A stretch of 63,997 bases of DNA, the filler included, from Ionaspis alba (Eukaryota), in assembly GCA_964255285.1 (NCBI GenBank). It is 8 parts of 8 records of this genome, joined end to end, with 100 filler letters (N's around TTAATTAATTAA, not from the genome) between each part and the next. Parts side by side here need not be neighbours in the genome. Positions count along the whole stretch, not along the records: positions 24,139 to 32,077 come from CAXUUL010000790.1; positions 32,178 to 40,101 come from CAXUUL010000791.1; 6 more parts are not named here. One strand, written 5' to 3'. The notes beneath the pieces were generated by a model. It was not told the DNA's origin, made no database searches, and saw only the letters and a program-made list of their open reading frames with translations. Positions 25,874-36,696 of the stretch are shown here, one piece after another. A program made the translations under genes and the position numbers. Numbering within the stretch: position 1 is the first letter of the stretch; each line of letters begins with the position of its first letter.

Positions 25874-26095
25874 ATCTGATGGTGTTCCCTGTATGTAAGC
25901 GACTGGTTCTAACAGTTGAAATAATAATGTATTCAATACTGAACTCTGATATTAAAACTCAAGAGAGCTCAGCAGGGCGGCCACGAGCCGTAAAAATCCC
26001 AGCCCTATTTGGCTGAAGATTCACCGACGCCTCCGACACTACGCTCCAACCTCCCACACCAAGTCCATGGGAGCACTGCCGGACGCGATGCGGGA

Positions 26096-27637
26096 ATGAT
26101 TCACTTCTACTTGCTTTCATGTCTGTCTCTACTGTTCCTACAATATACAAGTGCCTCCTCAGAATATTNNNNNNNNNNNNNNNNNNNNNNNNNNNNNNNN
26201 NNNNNNNNNNNNNNNNNNNNNNNNNNNNNNNNNNNNNNNNNNNNNNNNNNNNNNNNNNNNNNNNNNNNGGGGATCACTCCAACGCGTCTTTATCCAAGCT
26301 ACACCTCCTCCATGGGACTTTGCCTCATGAAGTAGTTTGTACCGAGAATCTGACGCCATTCCTCAAACTGCTACCATGCAAAGGAAAAGCTGGAATCTCA
26401 AGTCTCCTAGATGGACATAAGCTTTTTGATGCATCATGGCAGAGTATGGCAGTTGATGTGCGACCCGTTTGCCCCAACGATGGCTCGGAATGTATTGTGG
26501 AACTGGAGCAAAATGTTGATATGGTCCTGGATATTGAGCGTTCAAAACGACCGAGAGGTAAATCTGCCTCCTAATTAGTTGTTCCTATCCATGACTAATT
26601 ATTTAGAAAACCCTATACCAAGACCTGTCCCCCAAGAAAAGCTTGTTTGCGACACGACAAAGCCATACTCGTCGGACTATGCGTGTTATCCGCTCGACTT
26701 GTTTCAAGGACAACCATGGAGTCTCAGCGAAGTCTTCGGTCGTCCCATCAAAGGTACTTGTCTAGCTTCTTCATCAAGTGACACAAAAGTGCAGACAGTA
26801 TGCATTAATGTCCCTCATGAGCGGGATGTTTATACATCGCAAGGGACTACCGAATACAAATTGCCAAGTGGTTTTTCTAGGTGCTTTGCTGTGCCAGCAA
26901 CAGACAACTTTGAGATGATGTTGCCTCAGCAAGATCTCAACATCACTACCCCAATTGCACCCCCTCCTCTCTACGCTGAACGGTCAATTACCGGCCACGG
27001 GCAGGAACGTGGAGGTGTCCAGGCTCTGCTGACCAATCCATCTACCACTTCTGCCATCGAGTTTGTCTATCTCGAATCCCTGCCGTGGTACATGAAACCA
27101 TATCTACATACCCTGACTGCCGGAATTCCTGGGCAACCTGCCAAGCCTTCGAGCATTATCAAGGACATCTATTACCGCCCGGGACTTGACAGGAAACGTG
27201 GCACGCAACTCGAAGTTCGCATGATGATACCGGCTTTGTCGACTGTGACACTGACTTATGACTTCGAAAAAGCCATTCTACGATACACAGAGTACCCTCC
27301 TGATGCAAATCGTGGGTTCGATGTGGCTCCTGCGGTCATTCGTCTCATTACCCCTATTTCGAAAGCAGGATCAGGTCCGGTCTATCTCCGGACAACGAGC
27401 TTACTTCTTTCACTACCTACTCCCGATTTCAGCATGCCTTACAATGTTATAATCCTGACTAGCACGGTCATAGCCTTGGCTTTTGGTTCCATCTACAATA
27501 TATTGATCCGAAGGTTTGTTGGCGCTGACGAGGTGCAAGGGTACGACACTGGTAAGATTCGTGGAATCGTGCTTGAAAGGTTGAAGATGTTGAAAGAGAA
27601 GTGGTTAGCTGGGGACACGGAGAAGAAGATTCAATAG
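26096..27637 (+). CDS. GPI16: GPI transamidase subunit Gpi16/PIG-T (part hidden in the 26169-26268 gap)
   Basis: Signal peptide; HGTLPHEVVCTENLTPFLKLLPCKGKAGI, YTEYPPDANRGFD, LPTPDFSMPYNVII followed by a TM helix. Confidence 0.95.
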
Positions 27638-28293
27638 ACTCATCATTGCCTAGGCAAATTCCAACAAGCCGGCCACGGATGCTCAGTTCAAAATCTATGC
27701 ATGGAACAATGATTGCTTGTCCCAGAGTGCTCCATTTGACAAGCACTGTTTACGACATGATCGTGTCCGAACAGTTACAGATTATGGGTCTTACTGAACT
27801 TGCCCGACGCTCCCCCTGGAGTAGCTCACGCAGCACAGCAACTCGGAGGCGCCCTTCATTGACCATTCAATTGGTTCTGCAGCATCCGCTGAAGGTCATG
27901 AAATTTGCTATGTCTACTAATTCTGTTTGGCAACGATACGTGTTGTTCGAGATGGCAGGCTTGAAGCTCGATGCCGATTTGTCAACACAGGCCTTTCGAA
28001 GCACTGTTACGTTACAATTGTGGTACCAAGGAGTTCTTCTCTTTGAAAAAAAATTAATTACGGACAAGCTTCAAATCCCCAACAAACATTCCCAATCAAT
28101 TAATGAGTGTAACAGTACCGTGTTGGTCTTGTGAACGGTCTGTGCAGATTTGACCTGTTGGTGTAGCCTCAGTTGTGCTTGCATGATTAATCACTTTTCT
28201 CCATCCCAGTGGCGGCCAGGAGAAAGCATCTTCAAAGGCAATGATCTCCCCACTGCGTGAGTGCTGATCCACCCGTATGTTCAGTGAGCCCGT

Positions 28294-29754
28294 CTATCTC
28301 TTGATGGTTGCTTGGATAACGCTCTCTGATCCGTCCTCAAGAGTCCAGATTTTCTCCACTTCAAGCCCGACAGACATTAACAATGAACGCCACTGCTTCT
28401 CCGTTCTCTCCATGCCGGCGGATAGACTCATCATCTGAATGTCCAATGAAGCCGGGAGCAAGCCTGCTTTCGTTCCAGGAAGGACAAAATCACTGATGAT
28501 AATCTTGGAATATCCTGGTATCATAGCGCTCACCGTGTTTCGGAGAATCGTGGATGAAGTGCTGTCAGGCCAATCGTGGAATATGGCGCGGAAGTAGTAT
28601 GCACGAGCGCCTATCCCGTTTTAATTATTTCATTAAGCGCAACTGTTAGAGACCAAGCACGAGGGGTAGCTAGTTACCTTGCACAGGCTGAGGCTCTAGG
28701 AAATTGTACTCCAAAGTCTCAATTCTCTCCTCTCGAAGGTCTAAATCGACAAGAACTTCGCCCTGGTCTTCCAGCACAAGGCGGCCACCAATCTGGGGAT
28801 ATCTCTTCCTGAAGTTCAGAAGATCGTGTCCACGACTTCCCCCCACGTCCACAAGGAACACAGCGTTTGGATCGTTCGCGAACCTTTTGCTGAGCTCCTC
28901 CATCGGGTATAGATCAAGCCAACTAGGCTTTCCTTCCCTACGACAAGCCATGTAGGAGCTGAACGCTGCCTGCTGTTCGGGATTCTTCTTGAGCCATGAA
29001 AATACGTCCGTGCCTGTCGCGTGGTAAAATGGTGCTGCGTGATCATCTCGGATGTTCTGATATCCGCAACGTCGCATGTACTTTGGAAGCTCTGCTGCTG
29101 TCTGAAAGGCTAGGTCAAACCTGGCATTCAAACAATTAGATGATTGGCTCATTACAACAAGTCCCGGCCGGGCCAAACTGACATGCACTGCACTCCGTCT
29201 TGGCCAAATGGTTCTACCATGATATTGGTGCGCACATTGGCCTTGTAGGTCTCAACTCCAGTCTCATCACAAAGCCCAAGTGCCGTGACAATTCTCATGA
29301 GACGAACTATACAATGTCAGCCCAGGTCCGTCACATTCAGACTGGGTGCTGGTGATGCCTATCAAAGCAACGTCACCGCCTGTCTCTACCGCCAGATTGT
29401 TGGCAGTGACTGCTTCGCCATCACTGCATTTACCAACAATCGCTTGGAACAACCCCAGATCTACCGCCACCTTCAGGGCCGCATTCTGTTGTGGCTTGCC
29501 TCACGGTCAGTTGACACTCAAATAAAAATTTGACGTGAACTCTCTGACTGAGCCCTTATCTAGAGACTCACCTGATATATTATCCGCTGGACAGTCTCTA
29601 CGGAAGTTTCGACCGCCAAAGTCAACTCATTGATCGCTGCACGAAACTTAGCGTGGGTCTGATGGTCTCCATCCGTTGACAGATCTGCTTGTCCTGCTAG
29701 CCTGACTTTGTCGAGTAAGGACGAGATGAGAGACACGTTGGGGATTGAACCCAT
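28294..29754 (-). CDS. SAM-dependent O-methyltransferase (Methyltransf_2, secondary-metabolism type)
   Basis: LVDVGGSRGHDL, LVLEDQ, YNFLEPQPVQ|GARAYYFRAIFHDWPD, GMERTEKQWRSLL; several GT-AG introns. Confidence 0.92.
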
Positions 29755-30527
29755 TGTGATCGATTGTCGTTTCCACGCTTATTGTGATGTAGGAATGTTT
29801 CCAATGAATTGGCATTCGAGACGTGTTGAATAAAAGGAAAGGTTGGCAATAGCAAGGGAGAGAAGGAAACAATCCTGACCTGCTTTTATTTGCAGGTATG
29901 AACCACTACCGACTAATGTTTCATGCATGATGAATTGCATACAAAAGTCATCAGACTGTAGACTTGGAAGATCTTGGCATATTTGGATACAGGCACCAGC
30001 ACTGATTGGATCAAGGAGCATGGGCATGATGCATCCTCTAAGCATAAGCTATTGACTATTACCCGTTGAGTCGTTGATCGACTAGATTGCCGAGTTCAAC
30101 ATCTAAAGCTCATTTTTTCTTTTGCTGGAAATAGAGAAGCAGTGTGACGTGGCTCAAATTATCAGAGTTCCGGGTCTCGAAAGTTTTGCCTCGGAGGCTG
30201 TCCTTGTGTCAGATTGCCGCTGAATGTGCCATGCGATATACATGTCGCCTGCAGGAGATCATCGTGTATGCACGCACACTGACTAGCCTATGATCTCCTG
30301 CGATGAATGTCCAAATCTCATTGCCGAGCTTCGACCTGATTTTGTACTCATCAATGGGATGACCATATTACGCTCAATACAACACTACGATGCAACTATC
30401 GTCGTTCGGTGATCCAAATTGTTCGGCGAGTACGAGAGCTGGACAAAAATACATACGAGCTCTCTCGGTGCAATGGAGAAGTAATGAGGAAATCTCGTTC
30501 CTCCGACCGATGTACCACCAGCTACGG

Positions 30528-30535
30528 TATATAAA
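30528..30535 (+). promoter_or_regulatory. TATA box upstream of the secreted DUF6973-like gene
   Basis: TATATAAA about 150 nt before the ATG at 30679, followed by a CT-rich leader. Confidence 0.55.
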
Positions 30536-30678
30536 GGCCGGTCGAGGAGCTTCTTGCATTCCTCTCTCCAAGCTCTCCGATCTGTTGCATTCCAAACTTC
30601 ACATCATTTCGACCTTTCTCTCTATTCCTTCGTGCACCCTGTTTGTTTTCCTGGGACAACCAGCCCAAAGCCTACAAA

Positions 30679-31140
30679 ATGAAGTCCACTCTTTCCGTAC
30701 CCTTCCTCCTACTCATTGGCGGCGTACTCTCCAACCCTGTCCCTTCCTCGCTCAGTCGCCGCGAAGACGAGTTTGGCTATTGCATCAGGCCCAGTAATAT
30801 TTCGAAATGCTTGACTGCCAAAACAGACGCCTCAACCGCGACCACGGCCGCTGAAGTTGAATTTCCGGACACCCTGCACAACGGTAAAGGCGATGCTTTC
30901 CGACACTGCTACTGGAGTGCCCTCATGACTCGTCATCTGGGAGAAGCGCAGGCGAAAATCTTTGGCGATCTGCACGAGAACTCCGAACTGGAGCAGCCTC
31001 AGGAGGAGCGCGCAATGGATTTGGCGAATAATGCTTCTGGACGCGCGATTGGTACTGCCAGTGCGGATGAAGATGAGGTCTATGAAGCTTGCTATAGTGC
31101 TGCGAGTCAGGGAAAGTTGGTTACCATTGTCTGTTGTTAG
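30679..31140 (+). CDS. Small secreted protein (153 aa) with DUF6973 / minimal-Wnt-like domain; intronless
   Basis: ATG in CAAAATG context; signal peptide MKSTLSVPFLLLIGGVLS; propeptide ending in RR; motifs GKGDAFRHCYWSALMT, GDLHE, MDLANNASGRAIG. Confidence 0.85.
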   Translation: MKSTLSVPFLLLIGGVLSNPVPSSLSRREDEFGYCIRPSNISKCLTAKTDASTATTAAEVEFPDTLHNGKGDAFRHCYWSALMTRHLGEAQAKIFGDLHENSELEQPQEERAMDLANNASGRAIGTASADEDEVYEACYSAASQGKLVTIVCC

Positions 31141-33787
31141 GAATTTGATTGAAAGGTCTCTGTGCTGAAGATGTGTCCGAGCGATAAAGTTAGTGTGAGG
31201 GACTGTTGAGCGAAGAGGACGGTAAAGCAACGGAGCAAATACGAAAGGTTTCTATCCTGGGCTCTCATGCTTCGCGTAAGGTGCACCAGTCTTGGACTGC
31301 ATGACGATAGTTCCGCGCCTATAGATGAGCTCCTCAGTATTGAACACTGCTGCTGTATTTGACAATTCGATTCATCTCCATATTCTTGCGTGCTTGAGAA
31401 GAACTCGTAGCTGCACATGTTTTCCTAGATCGATGTCCAGCAAGCAACCCTTGGTTGCTATATCCTAGGACTAAATGTGGTAACACTGACTAGAAGAGAC
31501 AGCCTGATTGGAGTAGCCATTACTTGGCGCATGCTCATTCGCAGGGTCTACTTCACAGTGCCTGTGAGCTGGTACTACCCGATGTCTAGACCGCTTTCTG
31601 GTGTACTGCAGAAACTGTAGCGGGAAAGCTGGAATCGTAGACTCAAACAATCAGAGGATGTCCGACAGAGGTACATCTGCAATTTCGGACATGCCGACTT
31701 CAACACTGGAATGAAATACGACTAAACTTAGTGAGACAGACTTGTTCCACCAACGGAACCAATCGCATAAGAGACATTATCCAATTAGATTCTAATACAG
31801 ATTTCTGTAGCAAGGTGGTATAGCCGCAAGGCTAGAGCATGGGGGATGTGGCCGTATGCATATAATACACGCTCACGACAACAGAGCTCATAGAAGGTCA
31901 AACAGTAGGCAAAGTGATAGAAACAAGACAATCGTTCTGGCTCCAGGAAATGTGGTGATATGATTGTGTGGATCGAGTACGCTTGTGAAATTGGACTTCC
32001 TGTGGGTCAGAAACAGTTTATGGTTACCGTATGTCGGCGGCTAGGGAGAAGCGAAACAGTAAAGCGATAGTTGGGCCNNNNNNNNNNNNNNNNNNNNNNN
32101 NNNNNNNNNNNNNNNNNNNNNTTAATTAATTAANNNNNNNNNNNNNNNNNNNNNNNNNNNNNNNNNNNNNNNNNNNNTTCTTCAAAGAGTGTCTCGGAAA
32201 GAACACAGCGAATATTTGGGTTCATCAGATGAAGAGACGCGAGAGGTAAAAGATGACATGACACTCACGATCATTTCCTGTTTGCTGCAATGAAACATAA
32301 CCTGTTGTACCCCTATTGAATACGCCTCCGAGTCAGTGAAGGCTCATCACCAAACATCCCGTCCCAAGGCTATGAAAATATGCAGGGAAACAATCTACAG
32401 ATCAGGCTGACGCCTTCTCATCAGCTTCTTCAGTCGACAGGAATGAATCAGTGCCACTGACCTCATTAAATCAGAATTTTCAGTGTATATATGCTCATTA
32501 CCAGTCAAGCCCTCGTTACAAGGCGGTGCCGGCTCAAACAGTGTGAATATTGTTCATCATCTCGAGATGTATCCTGCTCTTGCAAAACACAGCTGACAAG
32601 GAAAAACCACTATACCTACGCACATGGTCACGTTAGTGTAAGCTCGTGCTGGTGTCGCAGTACTTCTGGTATTAGGTGTATAGATGTTTTGATCAGCTGA
32701 CGAGTTCTCAACAAGTACTTCTCCCTCCTAGCACCCACTGAAGTTTGTACGCCTCAGCTTTTGACGAATGCTAGGGGTAGAGTACACAGTCTGTCCGCCC
32801 GTTCGTTCAAGATTCGTCATATGGTTTGGTGTGTAGGGGAGTGAAGTGAAGGAGTAGTTCGAGTCCTTACCTGCACAGTTGAACTCCGGGTTAGTTATAA
32901 GTCTTGTTCAGGAATCAACAATATAGAATGCAGAATTATAGCAGAATATCAGACAAGGCTGAAACTAGTAGAGACAGAATCGACATTAATTGTTCGGATT
33001 GAGGAATGCCTTTCCGTGTCGTATGGTCATCACCTGGAAAGGACATAGCAAAGACAAGGAAAAAGCACGAGGTACCTTGAGTTTTGAATTGCTTGCAGAG
33101 TGTTTCGTCTGCAGCAACAGGGAGCCATTGTCTGGGGCAGGAGTCAGCTTCGTGTGCTCTTCACGTCATTGCAGTAGAAATTGATAAGATGCAGTGGTCA
33201 GAGTAATTCTAGAGTTGTAAGGTGATCATTCATGACGCTATATGATTTGGATTGTTCGTTGATGTGCTCATCATTCTTGGAGAGTCTGTTCCAGGTTTTA
33301 TGAATAACTCACCTTGTTCGATTGAGGAAGAGAGGATATTTGGTGGTGCTCGAAATTTCCTAAAAGCTCCCGTTGGCGCTAAGCAACAAGAGGCTTGGCA
33401 CCTTTCCGCCTAGGACCTCAGCGGCCTAGGCCCTTGTTAGGGGGATGTAAAGGGTCACAAAACAAGAGGCGTGCCGCCGGAAGATCCCCGGACTCGCAAG
33501 GAATTAGGCTAGATGTGTAACGACGAGACCTTTCCTCCCTCTCATAAGACAAATTAGGTGCTATTTCTTCACATAGTTACAACCCGAATTTCTAATTTCT
33601 TCGTAGTGAACTGAGACAGGCAGACAAAAAATGTTGAAGTCCCTAGAAGTAGAGACCTTGGCACAATGACGCACAACTCCGACAAAATGCGGTCGAATCG
33701 CCCTCCCATTCTATGGTGTTCTGCTCCATGCAAGCCATATCCATCAAGACCTCCAAGCCTGTAACCAGTGACGACCTATATGAATGT

Positions 33788-35595
33788 TCAGACCGCTACC
33801 TGCTCTCCAATTTCCATACCCTCTTCCTCCTCCTCATCTTCTTCCATCTCTCCATCAATAGTATCCGCATCACCTGTAAAAGGATCTTCTAGTCCAGCAG
33901 CCTTCAGCCTCCCCTGCATCTCCTCCCTCCGCAGATCTTGCCACCTTTGCAATGCAGCCGCGGCATGGACTTTAAACCCAAAGACTTTGGGTTCGTATCT
34001 TGCTATCGACTTGTCCGGGACCAGAGCTGGATAGACTTGAAATAAGATGTTTTGGAATGAAGACCCGAAGTAAGCACCATCGATACTGGAGTGACGAGAT
34101 GATTTGGGATTGTAGAGATCTTCGCATCGAGCACAATAGAGCTTCACGAATTGGGTATTTGCGACGTCTGACATACCGGTAGGTAGAAGGTGTTCTGACT
34201 TGCAGTCAACTCGAGGGCATTTGCCAAAGTCTCCTTTTTTGTATTTCTCTAGCTATACAGGTCGTAGCTATTAGCAGAAGAATAATGACAGGGTTTGAAG
34301 GAGACCAACCATTTTAGCTAGACCTCTAGTCGTAGTGATGTATCTAGCATGGACCAGACCGTAGAGGTGCCTGGCCGATTTTTCGATCTGTTCTCGCATG
34401 TCATCATCACAATCTAGGTCAAACACGTCCGTGACGAGATCCAGAGCGTATTGATAGTATTGGACATCGGTGTTGAGTCCAGTGAGATTGAAGCGGTCGG
34501 TCAGATAATCCTCGTCGATCTCACAGAAGTATTCGTTGCCTCGGGAGGAAATGAACTGAAACAAGCACATCAGTACATGTACAAGCGATAGTTCTATAAG
34601 CAAATGATGAGCAGGTGAGAACATAGAATGACGAAAAAAGGTCTAAAAAGAGAGACGTAATGAAGGGCAGGAGCTTGTAACAGTATTCATCTTATCTCCA
34701 TAGTCTTCAACAGCATACCGACTTGGCATAGGCAAATCCGCAGGTCTCATCCGAGGCTGTATCATCTTCAACAGCTGTGGTGCCTCCAAACATGGCTTCA
34801 CTGAGCTTCTTGGCCATGGCCCCAGTGACACCTTCAGATGTCGCTCCGTCTGTTTGTGGCGAGTTACAGAATGCAGGACCACCAGCTATACCCGGATGAA
34901 GAAGTCTGCCTGATCTGCGACACCTATGAGTCAACTCTTTTGTTGATTCATCATAAGAGACGAGAGGCGGGTGCCAGTGACGTGGTATTGACACAGCTGC
35001 AGAACGTGCTGGTGGAGTATCTGAACAAGTAGAGCGAACCCTATTGTTCGATCCTGTCTCGAGAATTTCTGATCTGCCAGCCGGAGCAGTACGATCTTCT
35101 TTTGGTACGCTGTCACTTGGCTCAGGAAGCGGGAAGAAATCTTTGTCTTCACGAAACCTGCGGGCAGGCCTGATAGGGTTGACCAGCTCCTCGGACTCCC
35201 CGCCTCCAGCTTTATCATCCAGGGATCCAGGCGCATCTGGGTGCTTTCCGACTGAGTCTGCATCGTCTATGGCATCCCTGCTTGTCGATGATCCCGTGGC
35301 GAAGAAAGAGAAGAGCAAAGCCTTGGTGTTTCCATTGACTGAACGAGTGGATTCGGTCATACTGAATGATCTGCTCCAATTTCTAGGACGGTTCAGAAGT
35401 GACGGGCTGTCCTTGTTACATAAAGATGAAAAATACAGGCGCAGGGGATTCGGTGTAGTTCTAAAGTCTCAAAAGCAACCACCCGCAACGCAGGAACGGC
35501 CGCAAGAAAGAGGATAGTAAGAGGAAACTTCGACCTACCCAGTCTCTCCAGTAACTTGCGTAATCGCTATCCGATTCGCTGTTGAAGTCGTCCAT
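33788..35595 (-). CDS. CKB2: Casein kinase II regulatory subunit beta (fungal beta-2 type)
   Basis: MDDFNSESDSDYASYWRDW|FISSRGNEYFCEIDEDYLTDRFNLTGL, LYGLVHARYI, FGKCPRVDC, VKLYCARCEDLY, IDGAYFG. First intron is 34556-35538. Confidence 0.95.
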
Positions 35596-36154
35596 AATGG
35601 ATAAACCTAGATCGGATTATCCATCAGAGGGAATCTCCGCAAACGGCTTCAGGTATAGTGCTAGATATCCAAAGGAGCATTTCCATGATTTGAGGCTATT
35701 ACATGCAAGATGGATAATTATGCTAGAGGACACTAAAGCGGAGCGGTACGTCAATGTAGGGCTGAAATTGTGACTATTCCAATTGTGGAATGCTAAGCCT
35801 TTGCCCTGTTCCAGGCTTATTTGCAGCTCGCAGGAATACATTTGAGATTGGGTCTCATATCTGCGCACATGATAGCAGATACTATTGCGGCTAGACACAG
35901 TAACACTGTCGAAGCCCTTCTAATTGTCTTCTTCCTCATTACGATCTCCCTGAAGCCTGAGATTAAAGCATAAGCGAGCGCGTCCATAATTCCCCCGTCT
36001 TACACGGAGCTATGCCCTTTGAGGTCGCATTTGCTCATGACCTCCTCCAGATTTCTCAGCTTGCGCTTTCCTATTTTTTATTCTCTTTCATACAAGCCTC
36101 GAGTAATACAGTAATTAGGCTCCTCTCAGTAAAGTCATATCAAAGCTTTTTAAT

Positions 36155-36415
36155 ATGCGCTGCTTCCAAGCAATCCTCTGTTGCCTCCCACTATGCCTAC
36201 TTGCTGCCCACGGACTTCCAGACGCACGACTGCATCAAGAAAGACTTGCCAATATCCTGGAGCAGAAACCCCTTCCGACAGCAGCGCTGAGGGCGGGTGC
36301 GGCGGCAAGTCCTTATATCATGTCCAGGCACTCCCGGAATAATCGTCAACGACTTGACAGGCAAGCTATACTAATGAACAGTTTCGCTGCTCGTCTGTTT
36401 CTAACAGTGGTCTAG
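36155..36415 (+). CDS. Possible small secreted peptide (uncertain)
   Basis: MRCFQAILCCLPLCLLAAHG resembles a signal peptide. No recognisable domain, and the exon structure is unresolved. Confidence 0.25.
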   Translation: MRCFQAILCCLPLCLLAAHGLPDARLHQERLANILEQKPLPTAALRAGAAASPYIMSRHSRNNRQRLDRQAILMNSFAARLFLTVV

Positions 36416-36696
36416 GATCGAAACGCATGTGGGAGAGGACTCTAAAGCGGAGGAGCTGTAGTCCTTAGCAGTGGTACCCGGTCGGGCGGCAAGGATTCAG
36501 CTGCGGTTCGAGTCGACTATCGAGAGAGTAGTATGCAGCATGATGCCATAACATTGAATTAATTGTCCGGAGAGACAAGCGAAGCTCGGAGGCCGAGCGT
36601 ATTCTCCTCTGTTGTGGGCTGATAGGGCCACAATGATGAGTAGCAGGTAATGCAGCAAGTGGCACACGCGGAGTCCACAAGACAGGTGAAAAGAGT

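Noticed and set aside
34810..34960. C/D snoRNA in the CK2-beta intron (ATGATGA ... CTGA)
   Set aside because: No convincing terminal stem, and only a partial, gapped rRNA complement. It would need snoscan or Infernal to test.
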